Of a DNA stretch of 64,000 bases, positions 45,526 through 54,894 are shown one piece after another (the first letter of the stretch is position 1; the number at the start of each line of letters is the position of its first letter). The stretch is from an uncultured Actinomycetota bacterium (lineage in GTDB: Bacteria > Actinomycetota > Acidimicrobiia > Acidimicrobiales > Palsa-688). Location: the NCBI GenBank assembly GCA_963851105.1, contig CAWKNP010000012.1, positions 9,444 through 73,443 on the forward strand, in the 5' to 3' direction. The position numbers and the translations under genes were made by a program. The notes beneath the pieces are model-generated. The model had not been told where the DNA came from, made no database searches, and saw nothing but the letters and a program-made list of their open reading frames with translations.

Positions 45526-47468
45526 GCCTTCGATGTGGTTGTCGTGGCGGGGACGGTCGACCCTGTCGTCGAGGTCGTCCCCGACATCGTGATGGTGACG
45601 GTCGATCCCTTGGGCGCGGTGCCCCCGCTCGGATTCTGGCTGATGACCGTTCCATTTTTCGAGCCGCTGACGGCCACGCTGAAGCCGGCGCCGGTCAGGG
45701 TGGCCTGGGCCGACGACAGAGTCTGGCCAGTGACGTCAGGCACGGGCACCGCCTGGGGACCCGACGACACGTAGATCGTGACTCTGGCACCGGAGGCGAC
45801 GCTGGTGCCCGCGGGGGGATCGGTCCTCGTCACCTTGTTGGATGGCTCGCTGGTCGACGCTTCCGTTGCCTGCGCCACCTTGAACCCCAGTCCGCCCAAG
45901 TCGGCGCCCGCGGCGGTGGGGTCCTTGCCCGCCTCGTCGGGAATCTTGACCTGAGCCTTGCCGAGCGAGATGGTCAGAGTGACGGTGCTGCCCTTGTCGG
46001 CCGGGGTACCGGCCGCCGGCTGGGTGTCGATCACGGCACCCGCGGGCACGGTGTCGGAGTTCTGGGTGGGGCCGGCCGCGGGCACGAACCCGTATTGGGG
46101 GCTGCGCAGGGTGTTTTCCGCGGTCTGCTGATCCTGACCCCGGACGTCAGGCACCTGGACCTGCACGGGGGCCGAAGCGACGACGAGGTTTACCGTCGAG
46201 CCCTTCTTGACGATGGTCGCGGGCTTGGGGTCGCTGTCGGTGACCGTGCCCGTGGGCGAAGAGAGCTTGGTCTTCAGACCGAGCCCTTCCAGTTCGGTGA
46301 CCACGTCGGCGACGGGGTGGCCCACGATGTCGGTCGGGATCGCGACCTGGCCGCCTGTCGAGCTGCCGAAGACGCCGAGCTGGTTGCCGAGGAGGAACAA
46401 CAACCCCACCAGCACCGCCAGCATGAGGACCAGCACGACGATGTAGGCGCCGCTGCGCCGGCGGGTGGTGGCCTCGGGGGGCGGCCCGCCGCCGTAGCCG
46501 GACGGCACGGCGCGCCCGGCGCGGGTCGCGGCCACACCCGCGGGCATGACCCGCGTGCCGGCGTACTGCTGACCCCGGGTGGGGCCGGCGGCGGCCGCCA
46601 GCGGCTGGGCCAGGACACCGCTGCCGCGGACGTAGCGCATGAGGTCGGCGCGGAGCTCGTCGGCCGACTGGTACCGGTCGGCCGGATCTTTGGCCATGGC
46701 CTGGAGGATGATCGCCTCGAGGGAAGGCGGCACCGCCCGGTTGACCAGCGTCGGGGCGATGGCTTCTTCCCGCACGTGCTTGTAGGCAATGGCGACGGGG
46801 TTGTCGCCCGAGAAAGGCGGCCGCCCGGTCACCATCTCGTAGAGGACGACCCCGAGGGAGTACACGTCGCTGCGGGCATCGACCGGGTAGCCCTGGGCCT
46901 GCTCGGGCGAGAAATAGGTGGCCGTCCCCATGACCGTTCCCGTCTGAGTCAGGCCTTCCTTGGCGCCCACCGCCCGGGCGATGCCGAAGTCGGTGACCTT
47001 GACCTGTCCCGACTTGTCGATCAGCACGTTCGCCGGCTTGATGTCGCGGTGGATGACGCCGTGGGTGTGGGCGAAGGTCAAGGCGGCGGCCACATCCGCG
47101 GCCAGCGTGGCGGCATGATCGGCGTCGAGGGGTCCCTGGCGCAGCAACTGCGCGAGCGTGCGGCCGTTGACGTACTCCATGACGATGAAGTAGGTGTGCT
47201 CGCCCTCACCCCAGTCGTAGACCGAGACGATGTTCGGGTGCGAGAGGTTGGCCGCCGCCTGGGCCTCCCGCCGGAACCGTTCCACGAACGAGCGGTCGAC
47301 CGACAGCTCGGGGAACAGGACCTTCAGCGCGACCGGCCGGTCGAGCAGCAGGTCCTTGGCCAGGTACACCTGGGCCATGCCGCCGCGGGCCACGTGGCGT
47401 ACGAGCTCGTAGCGATCATTGAAGACACGAGCCGCCGGTCGCTCCTGCCCGGGGGGAGGCTGGGTCAT
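45522..47468 (-). CDS. pknB: Ser/Thr protein kinase PknB with four PASTA domains
   Basis: 'ARGGMAQVYLA', 'HRDIKPANVLI', 'DFGIAR', one transmembrane segment, four ~65-aa PASTA repeats. Start at 'MTQPPPGQ'. The 1,166-aa track ORF merges it with an upstream junk frame. Confidence 0.9.
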   Translation of the reverse strand: MTQPPPGQERPAARVFNDRYELVRHVARGGMAQVYLAKDLLLDRPVALKVLFPELSVDRSFVERFRREAQAAANLSHPNIVSVYDWGEGEHTYFIVMEYVNGRTLAQLLRQGPLDADHAATLAADVAAALTFAHTHGVIHRDIKPANVLIDKSGQVKVTDFGIARAVGAKEGLTQTGTVMGTATYFSPEQAQGYPVDARSDVYSLGVVLYEMVTGRPPFSGDNPVAIAYKHVREEAIAPTLVNRAVPPSLEAIILQAMAKDPADRYQSADELRADLMRYVRGSGVLAQPLAAAAGPTRGQQYAGTRVMPAGVAATRAGRAVPSGYGGGPPPEATTRRRSGAYIVVLVLMLAVLVGLLFLLGNQLGVFGSSTGGQVAIPTDIVGHPVADVVTELEGLGLKTKLSSPTGTVTDSDPKPATIVKKGSTVNLVVASAPVQVQVPDVRGQDQQTAENTLRSPQYGFVPAAGPTQNSDTVPAGAVIDTQPAAGTPADKGSTVTLTISLGKAQVKIPDEAGKDPTAAGADLGGLGFKVAQATEASTSEPSNKVTRTDPPAGTSVASGARVTIYVSSGPQAVPVPDVTGQTLSSAQATLTGAGFSVAVSGSKNGTVISQNPSGGTAPKGSTVTITMSGTTSTTGSTVPATTTTSKA

Positions 47469-47494
47469 CGCAGAGAGCCTGTCACACGACGCAT

Positions 47495-48961
47495 CTAGGG
47501 GCCTTGCAGGGCGGCGGTGAGGATCGCCTTGGCGATGGGGGCGGCGATGACGCCGCCGGTGGCCTCCCCGCCCTCGGGCTGGCTCTCGACGAGGACCGCG
47601 ACCGCCACCTTGGGCTGAGTCGCCGGGGCGAAGCACACGAACCAGGCGTGGATGGTGTTGTTGCCCGTCTGGGCGGTACCCGTCTTGCCCGCCACCTGGA
47701 TGCCGGGGATCTGGGCCGCGGTGCCGGTACCCGACTGGACGACCGATTGCATCAGCTGGGTCATCTGCGTCGCCGTCTCCGGCGAGGTGGCGGTCATCCA
47801 CGGCGACGGCTGGTACGTCCGCACGACCTGGCCTTGGGAGTTGGTGACCTGGGCGAGGACGTGCGGTGTCATCATGACGCCGCCGTTGGCGATGGCGCCC
47901 GCGATCATGGCCATGTTGAGCGGGACGGCCTGGACGTTCTGCTGGCCGATCGCCGACTTGGCCAGGCCCGGCAGGTCGTGGACGAAGCTGCTGGCCGGTG
48001 GAAACAGAGACTGGGCCGCTTCGGGGAGGTCGAGCGGGGGCGTCTTGTCGAAGCCGAAGCTGATCGCCTCGTCGGCCAGGGACTGGGGCCCGAGGTCGAG
48101 GCCGATGGCCGCGAAGCCGCTGTTGCACGACACCCGGAACAGGTCCGGCAGGGTCCCGCCGCACACCTCGCCCCCGAAATTGCGCAGCAGCTGGCCGCCC
48201 GTCTGGGGGAGAGGCAGGGCCGACAGCTGTGGGTAGACCTTGGTGGCCAGCGTGGGGTTCTTGTCGAAGACCGCCGACGAGGTGATCACCTTGAATGTCG
48301 ACCCGGGGAAGAAGCGCTGGCGGAAACTGGCGGCCAGCAGGGGCTGGTCGGGGCTGGCATTTTGCGCCTGCCAGTAGGTGCGGACCTGCTGCTGATCGTG
48401 CGACGACAGCGGGTTGGGGTCGAACGACGGATTGCTGTACATGGCGAGGATGGCCCCGGTGGTCGGATCGAGTGCCACGACTGCGCCCTTGCGGGCGCCT
48501 AGCTGGTTCTTGGCCAGCTGTTGCAACTTGTCGGAAAGCGTCAGCGTCACCGTCTGGCTCTTGTCCTGCTTGACCGTCAGGTCCTTCAGGCTGTGGGGGA
48601 GTTGCAGCGGGCTGTTGGCGCCGGTCAGGTCGGCATCGAAGCTGCGCTCGGCGCCCTCGAGCCCGTAGGTGAAGGAGAAAAAGCCGGTGATCTGGCCGAA
48701 CAGGTCGCCCCGGGGATAGGTCCGCAGATACTTGAGCGCGTCCGACGTCGGCTGTGAGTGGGCCAGGACGACTCCATCGGACGACGTGATGTCGCCCCGC
48801 TTGGTCGTGAACTTGGCCAGCGCCAGGCGGGTGTTCAGATGGTTGTGATCCAGGTTGGACGCCCGGACGACCTGGATGTAGTTGAGCTGGAGGAACAGCA
48901 GGACGAACAGCACGGCGATGCCGACGCCCGCGATGCGGATCTGGCGGTTCATGCGGTTCAC
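47495..48961 (-). CDS. pbpA: class B penicillin-binding protein PbpA
   Basis: 'GSTFKVITSSA' (SxxK), 'SCNSGFA' (SxN), 'AGKTGTAQ' (KTG). N-terminal transmembrane segment. Confidence 0.9.
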   Translation of the reverse strand: MNRMNRQIRIAGVGIAVLFVLLFLQLNYIQVVRASNLDHNHLNTRLALAKFTTKRGDITSSDGVVLAHSQPTSDALKYLRTYPRGDLFGQITGFFSFTYGLEGAERSFDADLTGANSPLQLPHSLKDLTVKQDKSQTVTLTLSDKLQQLAKNQLGARKGAVVALDPTTGAILAMYSNPSFDPNPLSSHDQQQVRTYWQAQNASPDQPLLAASFRQRFFPGSTFKVITSSAVFDKNPTLATKVYPQLSALPLPQTGGQLLRNFGGEVCGGTLPDLFRVSCNSGFAAIGLDLGPQSLADEAISFGFDKTPPLDLPEAAQSLFPPASSFVHDLPGLAKSAIGQQNVQAVPLNMAMIAGAIANGGVMMTPHVLAQVTNSQGQVVRTYQPSPWMTATSPETATQMTQLMQSVVQSGTGTAAQIPGIQVAGKTGTAQTGNNTIHAWFVCFAPATQPKVAVAVLVESQPEGGEATGGVIAAPIAKAILTAALQGP

Positions 48962-50295
48962 GCCGCCACCGTGAAGTCGGCGGCCGCCCCGGCCGCCACG
49001 ATCTCCGGCGCCGAGGAGTCATTGCTGATCCGCAGCAGCAGCGCCAGCAGGATGTAGTTGGCGATGAGGCTGCTGCCGCCGTAGCTGACGAACGGCAGCG
49101 TGATGCCCGTCAGCGGGATGATCCGGGTAACGCCGCCCAGGATCACGAAGACCTGAACGCCGATGATGAGCGAGAGCCCGGTGGCCAGGAGCTTGTCGAA
49201 CGGCCGCTCGCAGCGCACCGCGATACGCAGGCCGGTGCCTACCATGAGGAGGAACGCGGCCACGACGGCGACGGCACCGAACAGCCCGAGCTCTTCCGCG
49301 ATGGCGGCAAAAATGAAGTCCGTCGCCACCTCGGGGATCCGCTGCGGGCTGCCGAGGCCGGGACCGTCGCCGAACACACCGCCGGCGGCCATGGCGAACT
49401 GCGCCTGGATGATCTGGTAGCCAGTGGTGTTGTAGTGGGGCCACGGGTTGCGCCACGTACCGATCCGGGTCTTGGCGTGGCCGATCACCTTGGCCGCGAA
49501 GGCGGCGCCGACAGCGAACAGGACAGCGCCGATGGCGAGGTATTCGTTGCGGCCGGTCGAGACCCACAGCATGCTGACGAACAGTGCGAAGAACAAGAAC
49601 GAACTGCCCAGGTCGTTCTCGAAGGTGAAGATGGCGAGCGACAGGCCCCATGCCACGACCAGCGGCGCCAGGTACTTCGGGTCGACGAACAAATAGCGCC
49701 CGACCTTCAGGGTCCCCTGCGAGAGGAGTTCGGCGCGTTCGACCATGTAGGAGGCAAAGAACACCGCGAGGGCGATCTTGGCCAGCTCGCCGGGCTGGAA
49801 GGTCACGCTGCCGACGCGGATCCACAGCCGGGCGCCGTTGATGTTCTGGCCCACGACCGGCAGGAGGGGCATGAGCAGCAGCCCGATGCCGAGGAAGGCG
49901 AAGATATAGCGGTAGCGCTCGAGGTCCCGGGCCTTCTTGACCACGAACAGGGTGAGGAGGAACGCACCGATGCCGATGGTCGTCCACAGGGCCTGCAGGC
50001 CCGCGAGGTGGCGGTTGAGGCGGGCGATGAACACGTAGCCGACACCGTTGAGCAGGGCCGCGGTGGGCAGGAGGATCGGGTCGGCGTAGGGGGCCAGCTT
50101 GCGCATCCCGAGATGGGCGAGGACGAGGAGCCCGCAGATGATGCCGAGGAAGGGGCCGATGTTGGCGGGCAGAGAGCCCGCCTTGCCCAGGCTGGCCAGT
50201 ACGTAGAGGCCCGCGGTCAGCATGATCGCGAGCACGATCAGGCCCAACTCGGTCCGGCGGCGCGCCGGCAGACGGTAAGTGGAATTGGCGATCAC
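48958..50295 (-). CDS. rodA: FtsW/RodA/SpoVE-family peptidoglycan polymerase (RodA)
   Basis: Ten transmembrane segments, 'FQPGELAKIALAVFFASY' signature. Stop overlaps the pbpA start. Confidence 0.9.
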   Translation of the reverse strand: MIANSTYRLPARRRTELGLIVLAIMLTAGLYVLASLGKAGSLPANIGPFLGIICGLLVLAHLGMRKLAPYADPILLPTAALLNGVGYVFIARLNRHLAGLQALWTTIGIGAFLLTLFVVKKARDLERYRYIFAFLGIGLLLMPLLPVVGQNINGARLWIRVGSVTFQPGELAKIALAVFFASYMVERAELLSQGTLKVGRYLFVDPKYLAPLVVAWGLSLAIFTFENDLGSSFLFFALFVSMLWVSTGRNEYLAIGAVLFAVGAAFAAKVIGHAKTRIGTWRNPWPHYNTTGYQIIQAQFAMAAGGVFGDGPGLGSPQRIPEVATDFIFAAIAEELGLFGAVAVVAAFLLMVGTGLRIAVRCERPFDKLLATGLSLIIGVQVFVILGGVTRIIPLTGITLPFVSYGGSSLIANYILLALLLRISNDSSAPEIVAAGAAADFTVAA

Positions 50296-50299
50296 CAGG

Positions 50300-51580
50300 T
50301 CACCGGTGGGGCACGGTCGTCGCCACCGTCGTGGTCGGGGCGGTGGTGGTGGTCGTGGTCGTGGTCGTGGTCGTTGTGGTCGTCGTGGCGTTGTTGATGT
50401 AGTCGAGGGCGGCTTGCAGCGACGGTTCTTCCTTGCCTTCCTTCACCGCCGGCTGATAGCTGGCGGCCACGTCGGTCAACTTGACGCCGGTGCTCTTGGC
50501 CACCGTCGGCTGAAACCACAGCAGGCCGCCCGGGCGACCCTTGTAGACCGTGAGGAGGTCGTGGTCGAGGCCGACGAAGTACGTTCCGCGGGCGTAAAGG
50601 GCAACCGCCACGCCCGCGCCGCCCACCAGAGCGATCAGTAGGGCCAGGAAGGCGACGACCCGAAGCGTGATGGGCCGGGACTTGACCACGACCGGAACGT
50701 CTTGCCGGCGGGCACGGCTGCGGCGGCCATCGGGGGGCCCGGTAGTTCCCGCCCCCTTTTTCCCCGGCTGTTCGTCGGACTCCACTGGCGGGATGGGGGA
50801 GGGGATGAACACACCGGGATTGGTTTTCAGCGCCTCCGACGCGACCAGAGGCAGGTCCCCGTCATCGACCACGTCGATGATCACCACCGTGATGTTGTCG
50901 TTGCCCCCCCGGTTCTTGGCCGCGTTCACCAGCTCCCGGGCGGCGTCGTCGGCCTCTGCCAGGCGCCGCAGGATGCTGGCGATCTGGGTGTCGTTCAGTT
51001 CCCGGGAGAGGCCGTCGCTGCACAGCAGCAGACGGTCGCCCTTGAGCGGCAGGACCTGCAATACGTCCACGCTGACCTCGGAATCCACACCCAGGGCCCG
51101 GGTGAGGACGTGGCGTTGGGGGTGGACGGTCGCCTCGACCTCGGAGAGCTGGCCGTCGTCGACCAGTTCCTGGACCAGGCTGTGGTCGGTCGTCAGCTGT
51201 TCCAGCTCGCCGCCTCGCAGCAGGTAGACGCGGGAGTCGCCCACATTGATGATCGCCAGGCGATCCTCGCCGTCCTCGCTGACGAGGGCCACCGCCACGA
51301 GCGTCGTGCCCATGCCGTGGAGGTCGGGGTTCGCCTGGGCCCGGTCCCAGATGGAGCGATTGGCTTGGTGGGTGGCCTCGACCAGGCCCTCGGTCCCGCT
51401 CTTGCGCTCGTAGGCCGCTTTGAGGGCTTCCACCGCCGCCAGCGATGCCACTTCCCCGGCCGCGTGGCCACCCATGCCGTCGGCCACCGCGAACAGGTCG
51501 GCGGTGACGAGGAGCTGGTCCTGGTTGGATGTCCGGACACGCCCGATGTCGGTGGCGGCGCCCGCTCGGAGGGTGGTCAT
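50300..51580 (-). CDS. pstP: PP2C-family Ser/Thr phosphatase PstP with transmembrane segment and extracellular Thr-rich tail
   Basis: 'DIGRVRTSNQDQ', 'FAVADGMGGHAAGEVAS', 'LCSDGLS', 'GGNDNITVVI'. Poly-Thr is encoded by (GTCGTG)n on the plus strand. Confidence 0.9.
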   Translation of the reverse strand: MTTLRAGAATDIGRVRTSNQDQLLVTADLFAVADGMGGHAAGEVASLAAVEALKAAYERKSGTEGLVEATHQANRSIWDRAQANPDLHGMGTTLVAVALVSEDGEDRLAIINVGDSRVYLLRGGELEQLTTDHSLVQELVDDGQLSEVEATVHPQRHVLTRALGVDSEVSVDVLQVLPLKGDRLLLCSDGLSRELNDTQIASILRRLAEADDAARELVNAAKNRGGNDNITVVIIDVVDDGDLPLVASEALKTNPGVFIPSPIPPVESDEQPGKKGAGTTGPPDGRRSRARRQDVPVVVKSRPITLRVVAFLALLIALVGGAGVAVALYARGTYFVGLDHDLLTVYKGRPGGLLWFQPTVAKSTGVKLTDVAASYQPAVKEGKEEPSLQAALDYINNATTTTTTTTTTTTTTTAPTTTVATTVPHR

Positions 51581-52054
51581 CGGGACAGCTCGAGGACCGA
51601 TTTGCCCACCTGCAGTCGGTCGCCCTTGTGGAAGGCAACCGTGCCGGTGACCGGGCGGTCGTTGACGAAGGTCCCGTTGGTGGAGCCCAGATCCTCGACG
51701 AACAGGGAGCCATCGCGGCGAAATACCCGGGCGTGGAGGGTCGAGACAAAGGTATCGTCAGGCAGGGAGATGCCGCAGCCGATGGCCCGGCCGACGGTGA
51801 GTTCGTCGCCCAGTTCGAACGACTGGCCGTACTGGTCGGCGGGCTCGAGCACCACCAGCCGTTCCGGGGCGTTGCCGGCCCATGGCGCCCGGTTCTCGCG
51901 CGCCGCGGCGGGCGGGGGCGGGGGCCGCCACCGCGATCTGGACCGACTTCGGTTCCCGCAGCTCGGCCCACACCGCCCGCAGGACGCGGATGAAGAACAG
52001 GTAGAGCAGGCCGAGGAAGATCAGCTTGAGGGCGGTGAGGAGGGAATCAGGCAT
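51577..52054 (-). CDS. fhaB: FhaB/FipA-like protein (transmembrane + FHA domain) with an apparent +1 frameshift in a G/C-rich run
   Basis: N-terminal transmembrane segment 'MPDSLLTALKLIFLGLLYLFFIRVLRAVW' in one frame. FHA domain 'LVVLEPADQY...TVGRAIGCGISLPDDTFVSTLHARVF...EDLGSTNGTFVN' in the +1 frame. The frames diverge near the GGGCGGGGGCGGGGGCC run around 51900. Confidence 0.65.
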
Positions 52055-52061
52055 CGTGGGC

Positions 52062-52721
52062 CTACTGGGCCTCGAAGCGCAGGTGGGTCGAACCGATGGT
52101 GATCTCGTCGCCATGATGCAGCCGGTGGGTGTGGACCACGACACCATTGACCTTGGTGCCGTTCGTGCTTCCCAGGTCGGCCACGAGGTAGCCGCCGTCG
52201 CCGTCGGTGGCCGGGCGGACCTCGACGTGGCGGCGGCTGGCGTTGGCGTCGGCCAGCACGATCTCGCATTCCGGCAGGCGACCGATGGTCACCGGTGTGC
52301 TCCCGAGGCGGTAACGGCTGCCGTCGCGCAGGACGAGCTCCGCGGGACCGCCCGCCGCCGCGCTCATGGTTCCCGACACCAGCACGATGCCCGGTGAAAG
52401 GTCGTCATCGGTGGTCATCTCGATCGAAACCGCCCCGAGGAAGATGTAGTTCTCGGCGCGGGCGTGCTCGCGCGCCGCGGTGACGAGCTCGTCGATCAGT
52501 TCCTTCTCGATGGGTGCGAAACGCTCCCGGTCAGCGGGACCGAGGGTCACGGTGAACTGGTTGGGGGTGAGAGTGCCGCGGGGCGCAACGGTGCGGTTGA
52601 CATCCATTTCGCGGGTGAGGCGGCGCCCGATCTCGACGGGTTGCAACCCGCTGCGAAACGCCTTCGCGAAGGCGCCTTCGACGAGGCGCTCGAGCCGTCG
52701 CTCGAACTGCTGGAGTCCCAT
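52062..52721 (-). CDS. fhaA: FhaA-like protein (DUF3662 N-terminal domain + C-terminal FHA)
   Basis: 'MGLQQFERRLERLVEGAFAKAF' N-terminus. C-terminal 'YRLGSTPVTIGRLPECEIVLADANASRRH...DLGSTNGTKVNG' FHA. Confidence 0.85.
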   Translation of the reverse strand: MGLQQFERRLERLVEGAFAKAFRSGLQPVEIGRRLTREMDVNRTVAPRGTLTPNQFTVTLGPADRERFAPIEKELIDELVTAAREHARAENYIFLGAVSIEMTTDDDLSPGIVLVSGTMSAAAGGPAELVLRDGSRYRLGSTPVTIGRLPECEIVLADANASRRHVEVRPATDGDGGYLVADLGSTNGTKVNGVVVHTHRLHHGDEITIGSTHLRFEAQ

Positions 52722-52785
52722 GGTCGCCCAGATGCTATCGAGGCGGGGCTGCTCGCCGGGGAGCGCTAATCTGACGGTTCCACTC

Positions 52786-52869
52786 GGGCGAGTGGCGGAA
52801 TAGGCAGACGCGCAGGATTCAGGTTCCTGTGTCCGAAAGGATGTGGGGGTTCAAGTCCCCCCTCGCCCA
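52786..52869 (+). tRNA. tRNA-Leu (anticodon CAG), long variable arm
   Basis: GGGCGAG/CTCGCCC acceptor, GCGGAATAGGCAGA D-arm, CAGGA-TTCAGGT-TCCTG anticodon arm, variable stem-loop, GGGGG-TTCAAGT-CCCCC T-arm. Confidence 0.85.
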
Positions 52870-52905
52870 CCGCAGGCGCGGTCGGCGCCGCTGCGCCACC
52901 CGGGG

Positions 52906-54186
52906 CTACGCCAGGGCGCAGCTCCAGGTCAGGTGGCCCGACAGCGGCGCCGCGCCAGGCTCGCTCAGGGGCAGGTTGGCGAACTGGAGGTCGCCTCCGC
53001 CGCTGGGTTGCACCGTCAGCACCGCCGTGGTGGCGGTGGTGGCCGACCACGACCGGTAGCGGGAGGCGTTGCTGGCGGTGGCCGACAACGAAAGGTCGGG
53101 GCGTTTGTACGTCCCGGGGGCCCCGGTCCCCGGTGGAAGCCCGAAGTCGAGGTGGAACGTCGAGCCGTCCGCCAACTTGGCCGCGAACGCCCAGCTGGAG
53201 CGCTGCGCCGCCTGGAGACAGGTGCCGCCCGACTGGAACTTGGGCACCACCTGGGTCGCGGCCACAGTTTGGGTGTTGATGGTCCCGCTTATATTGAGGG
53301 GGCCCTGCAGGCGGGCGTGTCGGATGGACGGGAAGACTTTGGCGACCGCCCGGTGCAGTGAACCGGAGCTGCCCACGGCGTCAACGCCCAGCCCCGCCAG
53401 GACCAGCAGCACCAAAAAGGCGGGGCCCAGGCAGCCACAGCCCCGGCGCCTGCGGGCGGTTGTACCCCCTTGGTTGTTGACTGCGCCGGTGGAAGTGCTG
53501 GCGCCGGCGTTGGCCGCCCTGGCGGCGTTGGAGACGGCGGCGGCGGTCGCCATGGCCCCCATGATCGATTGCATGGTCTCGATGGCCGAGGCGGCATCGG
53601 GGGCGGCGACTTCGTCGACCCGTATGACCCGCCAGCCGTCGCCCGTTCCGATCGGGGTGCCGCAGAAGCGGCAAGTCCCACCGACGCTCTCGGAGAGCAG
53701 GGCGCCACAGTTGCCGCAACGCTCCCCGGCGCCCGCCCGGGACGTCTCGGCGCTGGCGGGACGCTGGAAGCACCAGTTCTCGATGTGCCGTTCTTCCTTG
53801 CCCCGCTTTCCCTCGGTCGGTCGCCAGTGGGAGCTGAAGTGCACGACGATGGTGTCGTGGCTGGCGTCGGACGCGATCGAGACCAGCTGGCCGCTCTCGG
53901 CATCGTCGTCGGCGGGCGCCACGACCCGTTGTTCCCGGCAGGCCTCTTCGATGGCCCCGCGATGGCGCTCCATGAGCGGGGGGGCCAGGACGCCGGCGCT
54001 CAGCTCCGGTTTGCAGCGGGCGTAGGCCTGGCCGACCAGCCAGAACGCCTGCTGGGCCTCGGCGAGGAAGGAGTCCAGGTTGAACAGGTGATCGCGGGCC
54101 GCAATGGTTGCGACGGCCTGGGCCACGCTCTCGGGATCGGGCGCCATGTGGGGGGTGCCTCCGAAAGGAAACGGCGGGTCGGTCAT
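52906..54186 (-). CDS. hypothetical membrane protein: cytoplasmic N-domain, zinc ribbon, one transmembrane segment, extracellular C-domain
   Basis: 'CGNCGALL...CRFCGTPIG' zinc ribbon. 'GCGCLGPAFLVLLVLAGLGV' transmembrane segment. 426 aa. Confidence 0.55.
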   Translation of the reverse strand: MTDPPFPFGGTPHMAPDPESVAQAVATIAARDHLFNLDSFLAEAQQAFWLVGQAYARCKPELSAGVLAPPLMERHRGAIEEACREQRVVAPADDDAESGQLVSIASDASHDTIVVHFSSHWRPTEGKRGKEERHIENWCFQRPASAETSRAGAGERCGNCGALLSESVGGTCRFCGTPIGTGDGWRVIRVDEVAAPDAASAIETMQSIMGAMATAAAVSNAARAANAGASTSTGAVNNQGGTTARRRRGCGCLGPAFLVLLVLAGLGVDAVGSSGSLHRAVAKVFPSIRHARLQGPLNISGTINTQTVAATQVVPKFQSGGTCLQAAQRSSWAFAAKLADGSTFHLDFGLPPGTGAPGTYKRPDLSLSATASNASRYRSWSATTATTAVLTVQPSGGGDLQFANLPLSEPGAAPLSGHLTWSCALA

Positions 54187-54317
54187 GGCGCAGCAACCCT
54201 CGAGTCGAGGATCGGTTCACCTTTGCCTGCGGTCCTCGCGCCCATGACCTGCCCCCCTTGCCCCGCGGCCCCCGCATCCCCGCTGCTTGAGCATAGGAGT
54301 CCCGGTAGGGTTCGCAC

Positions 54318-54890
54318 GTGTCCGAGTTCACTGCGTCTGGGTTCACCGCCCGCCTGCGAGAAATCGTGATGGACCCGGCGGTGCTCACGCACCTGGCGGA
54401 GCCCATCCGGCTGGCGTCGGGGGAGATGAGCCGGGACTTCATCGACGCCAAACTGGCCGTGGACGACGCCGACGATCTCGCCCTGGCAGGCACGGCGATG
54501 GCGGCCGCAGCCGCCGATGCCGGGGTCGACTACGACGCCGTGGGCGGCCTCGTGCTCGGCGCCGTCCCCTTCACGTTCGCGGTTGCCCAGTCGGCACGCT
54601 GCCGGTGGTTTCTCATCCGCAAAGAGCCCAAGGGGCGGGGCACCGATCGCTGGGCGGAGGGCGCCCGTCTCGGCCCCGGGACCCGGGTCATGCTGGTCGA
54701 CGACGTCATTACCACCGGAGGCTCGATCCAGCAGGCGTATGAGAGAGTTGCCGCCGAGGGCGCCCGCGTGGTCTTCGCCACCACCCTCGTCGACCGCGGC
54801 GACGCCGCCGCCGCCTTCTTCCGTCAGGCCGGGGTTCCCTACCGGCCCATGTTGACCTACCGCGACCTGGACATCGCGCCGGTCGGATAG
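54318..54890 (+). CDS. phosphoribosyltransferase (OPRT-like type I PRTase)
   Basis: 'VMLVDDVITTGGS' PRPP-binding motif; 190 aa. Confidence 0.7.
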   Translation: MSEFTASGFTARLREIVMDPAVLTHLAEPIRLASGEMSRDFIDAKLAVDDADDLALAGTAMAAAAADAGVDYDAVGGLVLGAVPFTFAVAQSARCRWFLIRKEPKGRGTDRWAEGARLGPGTRVMLVDDVITTGGSIQQAYERVAAEGARVVFATTLVDRGDAAAAFFRQAGVPYRPMLTYRDLDIAPVG

Positions 54891-54894
54891 ATAC

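Noticed and set aside
45522-49022. 1,166-aa ORF suggesting a fused kinase protein
   Set aside because: The upstream 500 aa are an Arg/Pro-rich junk frame running antisense to or out of frame with pbpA. The kinase has its own ATG at 47468 right after the pbpA stop.
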